Of a stretch of DNA of 64,000 bases, positions 10,539-20,983 are shown piece by piece. The notes beneath the pieces are model-generated. The model was not told the origin of the DNA and made no database searches. It saw only the letters and a list, made by a program, of their open reading frames with translations. The position numbers and the translations under genes were made by a program. The DNA is from Hydrurus foetidus. Taxonomy: Eukaryota. Where the stretch lies: NCBI GenBank assembly GCA_900617105.1, contig UYFQ01000023.1, positions 558,001 to 622,000 on the forward strand, in the 5' to 3' direction. Each line of letters opens with the position of its first letter. The first letter of the stretch is position 1.

Positions 10539-11287
10539 TTTTTGAACGTCTCCAAAGCCGTCACGGTGCTCAGCGTCAAACTGACTTGACCTTGCAGGTT
10601 ACGGCCCATCACGGCCACGGCCTCTTTGCCTTCGCCCTTGAAAAACAGCGCTTTGCTGTTGCGCAGGCGATCAGCCAGCGCAGTGCGCGGATCCGATGAA
10701 GTCTCGCGCTCTAGCACCCAACCGTCTTGGGCCATCAGCGTTTTCAGCGTGTCCAGGTTCAGGCTTTCGCTCTGGCCATTGGTCAGCACCACGGTGGTAG
10801 ACACCTTGCCCGCCGCTTGGGAGGCCATGTGGCTGGTCACTTTGGAATCCCCCGGCCAGCGTGCCAGCCAGCGGGTGTTGCTGTCGGTGTAGCGGTCTTG
10901 TTGTTGCAGTTGACCGGCCATATGCGTCACCGCCACCAAACCCTTGACACCTTGGCCACTGGGTTCTAACTGCACGGTGAGGTAGTAGCCACCTTGCAGC
11001 CGCCCCAAAATGCGTTTGTTGCCCAAGGTGCTTTCCATCAAAGGCGCGCCCCAGCTGCGGTGAAACCAGGACACCAGATCAGCCACGCTGCGGTTAGCGG
11101 CCACAAAACCCTGCACCCGCATCGGTAAACCATTCGCCGTGAGTTGCTCGCCCACGTTGAACGCCTGCACTTGATCGGGCAAAGCGGGCTGCGGCCAGCC
11201 CGACTGCGCATGGGCGCTGGCGACGCACAAGAGCCAACTCAGCCCCAGCAAACTCATCCGCCACAAACGCATGCAGCCACGCATCAT
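10535..11287 (-). CDS. Secreted hypothetical protein in Tad cluster
   Basis: Signal peptide ending ASAHA-Q; overlaps both neighbours by 4 bp. Confidence 0.75.
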   Translation of the reverse strand: MMRGCMRLWRMSLLGLSWLLCVASAHAQSGWPQPALPDQVQAFNVGEQLTANGLPMRVQGFVAANRSVADLVSWFHRSWGAPLMESTLGNKRILGRLQGGYYLTVQLEPSGQGVKGLVAVTHMAGQLQQQDRYTDSNTRWLARWPGDSKVTSHMASQAAGKVSTTVVLTNGQSESLNLDTLKTLMAQDGWVLERETSSDPRTALADRLRNSKALFFKGEGKEAVAVMGRNLQGQVSLTLSTVTALETFKK

Positions 11288-12105
11288 TTGGCTTTCACAC
11301 GGTCTGCGGGAACGCCACCGCTCCAGGCCGACAACTGCCCCAGCTTGGGCGGGGCCACGCCGGGTTCAACCACCTTGAGCACGGGGTCTAAGGTGGCCGA
11401 CAACGTGGCAAGGCTTGCCGCCGGGAAGAACTTGGCATCCGCAATTTTGGCCTGCACCGTGGCAGCATCGCGTACAGCCCAGCTGTCCACCACCACACTG
11501 GTACCCCGGGTGATGGTCATGTTGAGGTTGTTGAATGGCTCATACACCAGCAAAGTTTGCGGGATGTTCGCCACTTTGACGCTGACTTGGGCCGTATGGA
11601 TGCCAGCCAGCCCCCCCATGCGGTTCGAGAAAGCAGCATCGACATCGCTCGCCCCCTCGACTTTGCGGGTGACGGTGACATCGGCAAACTTGGTAATCAT
11701 GGCTTCATCTTTAGGCAGACGCCAAAACAGGTTTTGATGGCCTTTGAAATCCCCCGCCACGTCCAAGGTTTTGATGGGCGCTTCGGGGTTGCTGAAAAAC
11801 CGCCGCCGCACTTCGTCTTGCAATTGCGCCAGGGGTTTTTCGGTGTTGTTCACCGCTTCGTTGCGCACCATCGCGTCAAAAGAGGCATAGCGGCTGGCCA
11901 TTTGTGTGGCAAAAGTGAGATCTTGGTACTTGGCGATCATGGGCACCAGCAACAGCATCGGGATCAACACCAAAGCGGCCACCCAAAACTCGACCATCGC
12001 CTGCCCGCGTTGCAGCACGCGCAAGGGACGGCGAGCCATGCCGTACCGATACGGCAAAGCTGCACCTTGTCGTGCAGCGTGGGTCAACGTCATCGCAGTC
12101 TTCAT
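11284..12105 (-). CDS. TadE/TadF-like pseudopilin
   Basis: QRGQAMVEFWV motif plus hydrophobic helix. Confidence 0.8.
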   Translation of the reverse strand: MKTAMTLTHAARQGAALPYRYGMARRPLRVLQRGQAMVEFWVAALVLIPMLLLVPMIAKYQDLTFATQMASRYASFDAMVRNEAVNNTEKPLAQLQDEVRRRFFSNPEAPIKTLDVAGDFKGHQNLFWRLPKDEAMITKFADVTVTRKVEGASDVDAAFSNRMGGLAGIHTAQVSVKVANIPQTLLVYEPFNNLNMTITRGTSVVVDSWAVRDAATVQAKIADAKFFPAASLATLSATLDPVLKVVEPGVAPPKLGQLSAWSGGVPADRVKAK

Positions 12106-13454
12106 GGTGGCTCCACCCCTTGCAGTGCATAAGCGGCCTTACGCACATCGTCCGCTACGGGAATCAAATGAACCTGCCAGTAAGGGTTAAAGAGGCTGGC
12201 CAACTCGGTTTTGCCGTCTGCACGCGCATAGGGCGGCGCATAAAACACCTCAGATGCAGCCAAGCCCACGTACACACCGGCACCCGGCTTGCCTTTGTAA
12301 TTATTGATGCGCGTCGCTGGAATGACAGCCAGAGGGTCTTTGGGATCAGGCTTTGGCTTGATGTCTGAGCGGCCATCGGACGTGCGTGTCTGGCTGGCAT
12401 GGCGCAGCACGCGCACGGCGAACTGCACACGGGCATCAGGTGCGGCCAGCGCATCGGGGGACAATTCCAGAAAACTCGGGATGCCGCTGTAACCCCAGGT
12501 GTCGGTGGTTTGTGCGCCCGTGCCCAGCGTCAACGGTGTGGCCGTTGCGCAATCGCTCCAGCGGTTGTAAATGGCGGTGTCGGTAGCCGCCCATTTGTCG
12601 TAGGTGGGCAGCAAAGTGATGCCGCCGGTGCGCTTCACGGTGTTTTGTGCGGTGGCGCAATCAGGGGAGACAGCGGTGTCCGTCCATTCGCGTTTGGCGG
12701 TGAAACCATCAGCCTGCGCACTGGCCAGCACCACCTCGGCCATGCGTGTGCGGTCAGCCCCGGCGTACATGCGGATCACGGGCTGGTTCAGCTTGCCAGC
12801 GAAATTGAAAAAGGTGTCTTGCAACGGCAACAAATCCACCTCAATGAAACCATCGTTCACATAGTTGGCCTCGGCCACTTGCTGCATCACGCTGTTGCGA
12901 GCGCCTTTGAGCGAAGCCAGCATGGCGGTTTGCGCGTCGTGCAGCGTGACCTTGGCCGCCTCCGTGGCGGCCATCGTGGGCGGAATCACCGCAGCGATGG
13001 TGGTTGCCAAATCGTCCAGCGCCGTGGCGTTGGCCGGATCGGCAAGGTATTTGCACACGGCCGTGTACTGCACCAGCACATCGGTGGTGGGGTTATTGAC
13101 AGCGGTATCGCAGCCTTGTGTTTTAGCACTGGCACGGTGCTGGGTGAGGTACTGCGACCACGACGCCAAACTGACCATCTGCGCCACAGCCACCTCATTG
13201 GCCACCAACGCTTGGTTGGTCAGCGCCGCAAAATTAAGCGCCCGCGCATGCATGATGCCCGCGCTGTACGCCACGGCATCGGTGGCGTTAACAAGCTTGG
13301 TTTTTTCTTGGGTGAGCTGACCTGCGTTAAACAGAAAGAACATGGCAGCTAACCCTGCGACCAAAAGAAAAAGCCCATAAACCAGGGCTTGACCGCGTTG
13401 CGAACTCTTTCTTTTAAGCGCAGGCCAACCCCGCTGGGGATTGGCTTGACACAT
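12102..13454 (-). CDS. TadG-like pilus tip protein
   Basis: QRGQALVYG, KLVNATDAVAYS Tad-N motif, SLFNPYWQVHL. Confidence 0.8.
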   Translation of the reverse strand: MCQANPQRGWPALKRKSSQRGQALVYGLFLLVAGLAAMFFLFNAGQLTQEKTKLVNATDAVAYSAGIMHARALNFAALTNQALVANEVAVAQMVSLASWSQYLTQHRASAKTQGCDTAVNNPTTDVLVQYTAVCKYLADPANATALDDLATTIAAVIPPTMAATEAAKVTLHDAQTAMLASLKGARNSVMQQVAEANYVNDGFIEVDLLPLQDTFFNFAGKLNQPVIRMYAGADRTRMAEVVLASAQADGFTAKREWTDTAVSPDCATAQNTVKRTGGITLLPTYDKWAATDTAIYNRWSDCATATPLTLGTGAQTTDTWGYSGIPSFLELSPDALAAPDARVQFAVRVLRHASQTRTSDGRSDIKPKPDPKDPLAVIPATRINNYKGKPGAGVYVGLAASEVFYAPPYARADGKTELASLFNPYWQVHLIPVADDVRKAAYALQGVEPP

Positions 13455-13465
13455 ACAGAATACGA

Positions 13466-13741
13466 TTACTTCGAGTTGTAGCTGTTGAGGGTACGAACCT
13501 TGTCAGCATCCGTCTTAGCCAAGGCTGCTTTCGCACCAGCATCCGCCATAGCCGCCGTAGAGGAATTGCCACTGACCTCAGCAGCGATACCCGCAACTTG
13601 CTCACGCACGGTTTGACCGAAGAACTGGTAAGACACGATAGCGGCCACAGACACCAGGGCCACGATGATGATGTACTCGGTCATGCCTTGACCGCGCTGC
13701 AGTTTGGAAGCGATGGAGACTGGGTTGAATTTGATCGACAT
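13466..13741 (-). CDS. Major Flp pilin
   Basis: QRGQGMTEYIIIVALV; first gene of the cluster after an AT-rich intergenic region. Confidence 0.85.
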   Translation of the reverse strand: MSIKFNPVSIASKLQRGQGMTEYIIIVALVSVAAIVSYQFFGQTVREQVAGIAAEVSGNSSTAAMADAGAKAALAKTDADKVRTLNSYNSK

Positions 13742-13934
13742 GATGGTTCCTAAGTAAAGAATAAAAACTAAAACTAACGTGGTGGCCTGCCTACCTGACA
13801 GGTCGCGGTGGGCAATTCACCGAATTTGTGACAATTTGTTTGCCCTGCACGTAGTTTATTACAAGTACTTTTGATTTGCAACATCTTGTTACCAAAATAA
13901 TAAATAAAGTTACAAACTCCCCGCAGATCCGCGT
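13742..13934 (-). promoter_or_regulatory. AT-rich putative promoter/leader region of the Tad operon
   Basis: AT-rich intergenic stretch upstream of pilin; AGGA RBS before ATG 13741; no exact boxes assigned. Confidence 0.5.
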
Positions 13935-15785
13935 TCAGTGGCTGTGAGGCGCTGTGCGCATGGCGTATTCAGGCACTTGCTGCTGGAGCCACGACCGCAG
14001 CAGCGCAGGCGCGGGCGATGGGCCGCAGGCCTGGAGCCAGTCCAGCACCTCTTGCACGGACAAACCGCCCTGCCCTGGCACCTTGGCCACGCGCAGCTTG
14101 GGGTGGGGCGTGGGGAGCGTGGTTTCGTCGTCGGCCAGCAGCTCTTCAAACAGCTTTTCGCCGGGGCGCAGGCCGCTGAAACGGATTGGCACCTCGTGCT
14201 CGGTTTTGCCTGAGAGGCGAATCAGCAAACGGGCCAGCTCCACAATCTTGACCGGCTCGCCCATGTCGAGCACCAAAATCTGCCCCGATTGCCCCATCAA
14301 ACCCGCTTGCAGCACCAGTTGCGCCGCTTCGGGGATGGTCATGAAATAGCGCACGATGTCAGGGTGTGTGACGGTGACGGGGCCACCTCGGGCGATTTGG
14401 GCGGTGAACAGCGGTACCACCGAACCGCTGGAGCCCAGCACATTGCCAAAGCGCACCGAGACGAACTGGGTAGACCGCCCTTGCGTTGTAATTGCAGCGG
14501 CGCACTCGGCGGCCACCGCTTGCACCACCAGCTCGGCCATGCGCTTGGTGGCCCCCATCACGTTGGTGGGGTTGACGGCTTTGTCGGTGGAAATCAGCAC
14601 AAAACGCTGTGCGCCACACGCCCCTGCCGCACGGGCCACGTTCAGCGTACCGAGGATGTTGGTGCGCACGGCCTCGATCTCGTTGAGCGACTCCATCAGC
14701 GGCACATGCTTGTAGGCGGCGGCGTGAAACACCACGGCGGGCTGGTGCAACTGCGCAATAGCCAGCACGCGCTCTGCCTCGCGCACATTGGCGGTGTAAT
14801 ACAGGCTACCCAGCTGCGGATGCAGCTCTTGCAACTCTTGCGCTAACTGGTAAATGGCGAACTCGGACACGTCCACGCAGACCAGATGCCGCACCCCAAA
14901 CCGTGCAATCTGGCGGCACAGCTCAGACCCAATAGACCCGCCCGCTCCCGTCACCATCACCGTTTGGCCGGCCAGCAAATCAGACAAACCCTTCACATCC
15001 AACTGCACAGCCTCCCGGCCCAGCAGGTCTTCCAGTTCAATTTGACGCGGCCCGTTGCTCTGCGCGTGCAGCCACTGGTCAGGCCGAGGCAGGGTCAACA
15101 AAGTGAGATGGCCCTGCGCATTCGCATCCGATTGCAGCAACACCGCCCGCCGCTCAGGTGAACCCGGTGGACTGGCAACCAAAGCCGTGCCAGCGCCCAC
15201 AGCATGTGCGATAGCAGCTATGGATTCAATAGCACCCAACACAGGCACCTGTTGCAGCGACAAGCCTTTTTCAGCCGCCAGCGGCGACACAATCCCCACC
15301 GGGTGCCATTGCTGCGAACCCTTGAGTGCCCGCAGCGCATCGGTGGCATCGTGCAGCGTGCCCACAATCAGCAGCGGCTTGGCACCTGGCACCCGCGCCG
15401 TGCGCTCCACCAGCGTGCGCCAACTCGCCCGCACCGCACCCAGCAGCACCAGCGCCAGCAGCGGCTGCAACAGCAAGACCGAGCGTGGAAAATTAGGGTA
15501 GCGCAGCATGAGCACAACGGCAGCCGAAAGCACAGCGCTGAGCAACACACCTAAACCCAATTGACGCAACTCAGGAAGGCCTATGTAACGCCAGACTTGG
15601 CGGTAGACGCGAGCTATAGTGAGGCCCAGCGCGTAAGACAGCAGCACCCAAAAAACGCTGAGCAGCGCTAAATCAGCGAATTCGGGGGGGACATCAAGGT
15701 TGAAACGCAGCCAGAAGGCGAGCCACCAGGCCACGAACACCAGCAACACATCCAGCACCAAAAGAGACAGGGCTTCTCTACGCAC
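13935..15785 (-). CDS. Nucleoside-diphosphate sugar 4,6-dehydratase (PglF/WbpM/CapD-like)
   Basis: Four TMs, EDLLGR, VTGAGGSIGSELCRQ, HAAAYKHVP, STDKAVNP, VRFGNVLGSSGSV. Confidence 0.93.
   Translation of the reverse strand: MRREALSLLVLDVLLVFVAWWLAFWLRFNLDVPPEFADLALLSVFWVLLSYALGLTIARVYRQVWRYIGLPELRQLGLGVLLSAVLSAAVVLMLRYPNFPRSVLLLQPLLALVLLGAVRASWRTLVERTARVPGAKPLLIVGTLHDATDALRALKGSQQWHPVGIVSPLAAEKGLSLQQVPVLGAIESIAAIAHAVGAGTALVASPPGSPERRAVLLQSDANAQGHLTLLTLPRPDQWLHAQSNGPRQIELEDLLGREAVQLDVKGLSDLLAGQTVMVTGAGGSIGSELCRQIARFGVRHLVCVDVSEFAIYQLAQELQELHPQLGSLYYTANVREAERVLAIAQLHQPAVVFHAAAYKHVPLMESLNEIEAVRTNILGTLNVARAAGACGAQRFVLISTDKAVNPTNVMGATKRMAELVVQAVAAECAAAITTQGRSTQFVSVRFGNVLGSSGSVVPLFTAQIARGGPVTVTHPDIVRYFMTIPEAAQLVLQAGLMGQSGQILVLDMGEPVKIVELARLLIRLSGKTEHEVPIRFSGLRPGEKLFEELLADDETTLPTPHPKLRVAKVPGQGGLSVQEVLDWLQACGPSPAPALLRSWLQQQVPEYAMRTAPHSH
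15181..15234 (-). repeat. GCTAT-N7-ATAGC element in frame inside the pglF-like gene
   Basis: Core gctatggattcaatagc at 15217-15233; encodes AIESIAAIAHAVGAGTA. Confidence 0.7.
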
Positions 15786-16833
15786 GCCCTGCCCCTAGCA
15801 GTGCCCATGACATCGGCGTACCCGCCTTTACCGCTTGCCCAATGTGTTGACCCAGCAGGCTGTCCAGGTATTTAGGTGGCAGGCCAAAACCGGGCCGAAC
15901 ACACCGCAGGTTCTCGCGCGTGAGCATGTCACCTGCAAGAAGGTCTTGGGCGATGTAGAGCGAGCGGCGAAACGCCAACGATTTCAGTTCAGCAGTGGTC
16001 GGCCCGTAACGCACTTGACCAACAGCTTGCCAAGCCCTTTCAGTTTCATCGCGAAGTTGTCGCAGTTCTAGGGGCTCCATGGAAAAAGCTGAATCCACCC
16101 CTCCGTCAGCACGGCACAGCGTGAAGTGTTTCTCGATCACTGTCGCACCCAGCGCTGTGGCGGCGACCGACACGCCGCACCCCATGGTGTGGTCAGACAA
16201 ACCAACTTCGCAACCAAACAAACTGCGCATGTGTGGAATCGTAGCGATGTGGGTGTTATCGGCTGTGGCAGGGTAGGTGCTTGTGCATTTCAACAGCACG
16301 AGGTCACGACAACCAGCCCCCCGTGCCGCACGGACAGCTTCGTCAATTTCACCCACCGTGGCCATGCCCGTCGACATGATCAGAGGCTTTCCCGTCGCGG
16401 CGACACGGCGAATCAGGGGCAGATCGGTGTTTTCAAACGATGCAATCTTGTATGCAGGAACACCCAGTGTTTCGAGAAAATCAACCGCACTGGCATCAAA
16501 TGGCGTACTGAAGCAATGCAACCCACGCAAAGCCGCACGCGCCATGATCGGGCGGTGCCATTCCCAAGGTGTATGCGCTTCTTCGTACAGTTCGTAGAGC
16601 TGGCGCCCAGCCCACAAACTTTTGGGATCTTCGATCACGAAGCCGGGCATGCGCAGGTTCAGCGTCATGGTTTCAGCTGTGTAGGTCTGCAGCTTGATGG
16701 CATCAGCACCATGCGCAGCGGCGGCATCCACCAGTTCCAGCGCACGCTCTAACGATTGGTTATGGTTGCCGGACATCTCGGCGATCAGGTAAGGCCGCTG
16801 CTGGGGGTTTATTTCGCGGTCAAGAATTTTCAT
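15778..16833 (-). CDS. pseI: Pseudaminic acid synthase
   Basis: IAEMSGNHNQSLERA, YKIASFE, GLSDHT, IEKHFTL, C-terminal SAF domain; ATGA overlap at 16833. Confidence 0.93.
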   Translation of the reverse strand: MKILDREINPQQRPYLIAEMSGNHNQSLERALELVDAAAAHGADAIKLQTYTAETMTLNLRMPGFVIEDPKSLWAGRQLYELYEEAHTPWEWHRPIMARAALRGLHCFSTPFDASAVDFLETLGVPAYKIASFENTDLPLIRRVAATGKPLIMSTGMATVGEIDEAVRAARGAGCRDLVLLKCTSTYPATADNTHIATIPHMRSLFGCEVGLSDHTMGCGVSVAATALGATVIEKHFTLCRADGGVDSAFSMEPLELRQLRDETERAWQAVGQVRYGPTTAELKSLAFRRSLYIAQDLLAGDMLTRENLRCVRPGFGLPPKYLDSLLGQHIGQAVKAGTPMSWALLGAGRA

Positions 16834-18371
16834 AGGCACCCTATCGGTTCGTCAGATGCAGGCCGCACCTGCTTGATGTAGCTCAACGGCCCGCCGCTGT
16901 AACCACAGGCTTCAAAAAGTCGCTGTGACACCGTGTTCCCCGCGACCACACAGGCCTCAACGGCGAACGGTTCGCACAGTATGAGTTCCATCTGTCGCTC
17001 GCCTTCGCTCAACAGGTATGGGCCAAGTCCTAAACCGTGAAAATCGGAATCAAGGTAAAGCGAGACTTCCACACGATCTTGTGGCAGCCTATCAAAGCGA
17101 ATACTGCCCACGGGCAAACTGCCAACCTCGGCCACGAAGAGCCAGCGGTCACGCGCTTGCGGACTGCGCTCCAACCAACGCTTGTGGTCGTCCCATGCAA
17201 TAACGTCGGGGCAGCCCGAGAAGGCACGCACAGCAGGGTGATTACGCCAGCAGTACAGCAAACGGGCATCACCCAGCACAGCAGGGCGCAACCGCAAAGT
17301 ACTACGTAGCATACTGAGCGCAACGCGCTGCGCGCCTCGGCCGTCAACCAGAGATCCAGCGCACTGCGACAACGCCAGCCGTGCATCTGGGCTTGCCATC
17401 AACGTGCAAAGCACCTCGGGCAATGTGGACAGCGTAGCAGCACGAAGGGCCCCCAACTGGTCAAGCGCATGAACCACCACAGACTGGTTGCCTGCAACCG
17501 TCAACGCAATGGTAGGTGTACTTATGCAGCAGCGCTCCCAGGTCGCACCACCTCCCGCCCCTATGTGCAGGTCGTGCCGGGCAAAGAACGCACAAAGATC
17601 AGGTTGATCCAGTGTGAGCGTGGTGTCACGTGAGACCATACAGGCCTTGCGCAAGGCAGCAAGATGCGGATTAGCCGATGTAGACACCACTTCAATCTGG
17701 CCAGAAAACCCTGCGGCCTGACAGCAGACGGTCAACACCTTGGCTGTGATGCCCTCAGGATCAGTTCCCCCCATGAAAATGCCGATGCTGCGAACAGCAG
17801 GAGAAAAAACGTACCGTGGTGCCTCGCGGTAGGCAGGAGAAAGCAGCGCAAAGCGCGGGCCGGTCAGCCAGAGGGGTTCGTACTTCAGGCGGTTGACGTA
17901 CTTTTGGGAATGGTTGCGATCCCAGTTGTGATCCAGCACCGCATCTGCGGCCAGCAGCCGGTCGGCGGTATCGTCAATCACCAGCACATGGCTACCAAGG
18001 GCGTTGCGCATGACTTCGTGCCAACGCGCATCAAAAGCATAGTGGTCTACCACCAGCCAATCGACTTGGCATTCAGCCAAACTCGCCGCCGTTTCGCTGG
18101 CATCTTGCTGCCAACCCACACCGGCCCAGGCATGGTGTGGCGGGAAATCATCACCCAAGCACGCAGCCAGAGCGCTGGCGGGCGCTTCCAGCCAATGCAC
18201 GGTACAAGGCGCTTTGTGCAAAATTTTCTCGGCCACGGCATCGAGCGCGCGCGCAACCAGGCAGACGTGCGCACCCTGAGCCATCAGCGCCTGCACCAAC
18301 GACAAGCAGCGCCGCAGGTGACCTGTACCTATGGCCTGCGAGGCATCGACGCGGAAGGCGACATGTGTCAT
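16830..18371 (-). CDS. pseG: PseG hydrolase fused to PseH-like GNAT acetyltransferase
   Basis: FRVDAS..IGTGHLRRCLSL, VVDHY, GAGGGATWER, then WRNHPAVR...HKRWL GNAT domain. Confidence 0.88.
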   Translation of the reverse strand: MTHVAFRVDASQAIGTGHLRRCLSLVQALMAQGAHVCLVARALDAVAEKILHKAPCTVHWLEAPASALAACLGDDFPPHHAWAGVGWQQDASETAASLAECQVDWLVVDHYAFDARWHEVMRNALGSHVLVIDDTADRLLAADAVLDHNWDRNHSQKYVNRLKYEPLWLTGPRFALLSPAYREAPRYVFSPAVRSIGIFMGGTDPEGITAKVLTVCCQAAGFSGQIEVVSTSANPHLAALRKACMVSRDTTLTLDQPDLCAFFARHDLHIGAGGGATWERCCISTPTIALTVAGNQSVVVHALDQLGALRAATLSTLPEVLCTLMASPDARLALSQCAGSLVDGRGAQRVALSMLRSTLRLRPAVLGDARLLYCWRNHPAVRAFSGCPDVIAWDDHKRWLERSPQARDRWLFVAEVGSLPVGSIRFDRLPQDRVEVSLYLDSDFHGLGLGPYLLSEGERQMELILCEPFAVEACVVAGNTVSQRLFEACGYSGGPLSYIKQVRPASDEPIGCL

Positions 18372-18372
18372 A

Positions 18373-18996
18373 TCACCCCTGTTTGTCCATCAAGAACCAC
18401 GTGATGTCGTCCTGGGGAAAGTCAGGGTCTCGGCGATAGGCAAAGCCATAGTCGATCAGTTGCAATTTGGGATGACGGTCCATGATCTCACCCGCAAAAT
18501 CGCGCTTGAACAGGCGATCGCTGTGACCACGGTACGCAATGGCCACCGGTGCCGGGTTGTAGTACTCGGCGACCAGCAGATAGCGGCCAGTGGCAGCGAC
18601 CAGCTTGTCATAGACCTGCGGCAGCACATCTGGGTTGATGTGGATGAGCACACCCTTGACCAGGGTCAAATCCCAACTGCGCTCAGGCACAAAATCAAGA
18701 ATCGACGTGAGGTGAACTTGCGAAGAGGGGATCACTTCACCCAGTTGCTCCGCAGCATTTGTATTGATTTCGATACCGTGCGCCTCGATACCAGGGTGCA
18801 GCAGCTTGAGTGCCTTGAGGTTCATGCCAATGTTGGCACCGAACTCGATGCAGCTCTTGACGCTCCGCGCGCGATGCAGCGCCTTAGCGAAAAAATGGAG
18901 GTTGGAAGCCAGCAGAACATCGCCTTGGTTGCGCTGGATGTACTCGGTACCAAAATCACCAGCCCAGAAGGCTTCCTGCTCGGTCTTGAAGGTCAT
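18373..18996 (-). CDS. Pseudaminic acid biosynthesis-associated methylase
   Basis: TEQEAFWAGDFGTEYIQRN, EFGANIG, KGVLIHINP, DDITWFL. Confidence 0.9.
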   Translation of the reverse strand: MTFKTEQEAFWAGDFGTEYIQRNQGDVLLASNLHFFAKALHRARSVKSCIEFGANIGMNLKALKLLHPGIEAHGIEINTNAAEQLGEVIPSSQVHLTSILDFVPERSWDLTLVKGVLIHINPDVLPQVYDKLVAATGRYLLVAEYYNPAPVAIAYRGHSDRLFKRDFAGEIMDRHPKLQLIDYGFAYRRDPDFPQDDITWFLMDKQG

Positions 18997-19790
18997 GGCT
19001 GTTTCTCTGCAATAGGTGAACGAATGAGTGAGGTGCCGGGTGCGGCTTGTTTTTGTACGATGTGCTGGTTGATATGCTGGTTAATGTGCATCCAGTCAGG
19101 GTGCACTTCCAGCGTGGCCAGCACATCATGGAGGCTGAAATCGGGGTGGCTCGGGTACAGCGTCTCGAACAACCGATGAACCAGTTGATAGTCCTCGGGC
19201 GTGTCCACGGTCCAGCGGTGGTGGCTCAGGTTCTGTGGGCTCTCGACGTTACGCAAGCGAAAGCGCTCAGGGTGCCAGTACATGAAGGGGGTCACGTGTT
19301 CTCGCTCGCTGTCCTGCGCAGCGTTCTGGTTGGCCTCGTACAACGCAGCCGCAGAAAATACCTCAATGGCCATGCCGTAAGGCCAAGTGGGTGGCAGCAT
19401 ATTGGAAAGGTAGTCGTAATCACCTTGCCTGAAGGTGGCGATCATCTGGTCTACCAGCGCGGGGTCTATCAGTGGGCAATCGGAGGTGATTCGCACGACC
19501 GTATCCGCCAAATACTGTTGGGCGGCATCGGCATAGCGCGACAGGACATCGTGCTCACTGCCACGGTAACAAGCCACGCCAAGAACCTCACAGACCGCAA
19601 CAATCGGGTCATCGGTTGCGTTGGTGGTGGTGGCGATCACTGTCGCATCAGCGTTTTCCACGCGCTGCAAACGCGCCACCAGACGCGTGAGCATGGGTTC
19701 TCCGGCCAAGGGCAAAAGCACTTTGCCTGGCAGCCGGGTCGAGGTCATGCGTGCCTGGACAATGATGACCGTCTTCATGCCTGCACTCAT
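18993..19790 (-). CDS. SpsF-type cytidylyltransferase (probable PseF role)
   Basis: IVQARMTSTRLPGKVL, RGSEHDVLSRY, RITSDCP, REHVTP, TVDTPED. Confidence 0.88.
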   Translation of the reverse strand: MSAGMKTVIIVQARMTSTRLPGKVLLPLAGEPMLTRLVARLQRVENADATVIATTTNATDDPIVAVCEVLGVACYRGSEHDVLSRYADAAQQYLADTVVRITSDCPLIDPALVDQMIATFRQGDYDYLSNMLPPTWPYGMAIEVFSAAALYEANQNAAQDSEREHVTPFMYWHPERFRLRNVESPQNLSHHRWTVDTPEDYQLVHRLFETLYPSHPDFSLHDVLATLEVHPDWMHINQHINQHIVQKQAAPGTSLIRSPIAEKQP

Positions 19791-20983
19791 GCAACAAGGG
19801 CTTGGGTAAGCGCGGCCACCACACGGTCTTGCATCGCATCAGTCAGCGCCGGATAAAGCGGAATCGACAACGCCTGCGCGGCATACGCCTCAGCAGCAGG
19901 AAACTGGCCTGGCAAAAAACCACGCGCGCGGTAGTACGGTTGCAATGGAATTGGCATGTAGTGGACGTTGACGCCAATATCTGCCGCACGCAGACGTGCA
20001 AAAACAGTGGCGCGGTCGGCCACACCGGAACCAGGTACGACCTCTACCACATAAAGATGCCATGAAGAGCGGACTGCTGCGCCCGAAGCCAGCTTGCGCG
20101 TGGGCAGCCGCAGGGGCAAGTTGGCGAGCAGATGGTCATAACGCTCAGCCATACGCTCACGCGCAGTATGAAAGGCATCAAGGCGCTGCAGCTGTGACAA
20201 CCCCAATGCCGCCTGGATATCGGTAAGCCGGTAGTTGAAGCCCAACTGCTGCTGCTCGTAATACCATGCCCCAGTGCTGGCATCAGCGCATTGCAACGCA
20301 TCCGTTTCGCGCGTGATGCCGTGCGAGCGCAGCAGCTGTAACTGGTGTGCCAACGCCGCATCTTGCGTTGTGACCATACCGCCCTCTCCCGTAGTCACGA
20401 TCTTGACGGGGTGAAAACTGAACACACTGCAGTCGGCAAACTGGCTGCCCACAGGCTGGCCTTCGTAGCTGGCACCCACGGCATGCGAGGCATCCTCCAG
20501 GATGCGAAAACCATAGCGATCTGCCAGGACGCGCATCGGTGCCAAGTCACAGGCCAGGCCAGCAAAATGCACCGGAATCACAATCTTTGGCAATTTACCC
20601 TGCTGCTGCGCTTGTATCAGCTTGGCCGCAAGCGCAGACACACTCATGTTGCGGGTGAGCGGATCAATGTCTACAAAATCCACATCAGCACCACAGTAGA
20701 GCGCAGCATTGGCAGAGGCCACAAAGCTGTTGGGACTGGTCCAAACCCATTGGTTAGGGCCTGCGCCAAGGGCCAAGCAAGCGATGTGCAAACCCGCCGT
20801 GGCATTGGACACAGCCACCGCATACGACACGCAATGGCGCTGTGCAAACGCCTGCTCAAAACGCGGTACAGCCGGCCCCTGGGTAAGCCAGCCCGACGTC
20901 AACACCTCACGCACAGCGGCAAGGTCATCCTCATTGATGGACTGGGTGGCGTAAGGGATAAAGTCAATGGCAGCAGACGGCAT
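19787..20983 (-). CDS. pseC: PLP-dependent sugar aminotransferase PseC
   Basis: IPYATQSI, WLTQGP, EDASHAVG, FSFHPVKIVTTGEGG. Confidence 0.92.
   Translation of the reverse strand: MPSAAIDFIPYATQSINEDDLAAVREVLTSGWLTQGPAVPRFEQAFAQRHCVSYAVAVSNATAGLHIACLALGAGPNQWVWTSPNSFVASANAALYCGADVDFVDIDPLTRNMSVSALAAKLIQAQQQGKLPKIVIPVHFAGLACDLAPMRVLADRYGFRILEDASHAVGASYEGQPVGSQFADCSVFSFHPVKIVTTGEGGMVTTQDAALAHQLQLLRSHGITRETDALQCADASTGAWYYEQQQLGFNYRLTDIQAALGLSQLQRLDAFHTARERMAERYDHLLANLPLRLPTRKLASGAAVRSSWHLYVVEVVPGSGVADRATVFARLRAADIGVNVHYMPIPLQPYYRARGFLPGQFPAAEAYAAQALSIPLYPALTDAMQDRVVAALTQALVA

Noticed and set aside
13770..13850. c-di-GMP-I (GEMM) riboswitch upstream of the pilin
   Set aside because: The minus strand has CAGGGCAAAC but lacks the GAAA tetraloop stem and GACGCAAA junction; an Infernal search would settle it.
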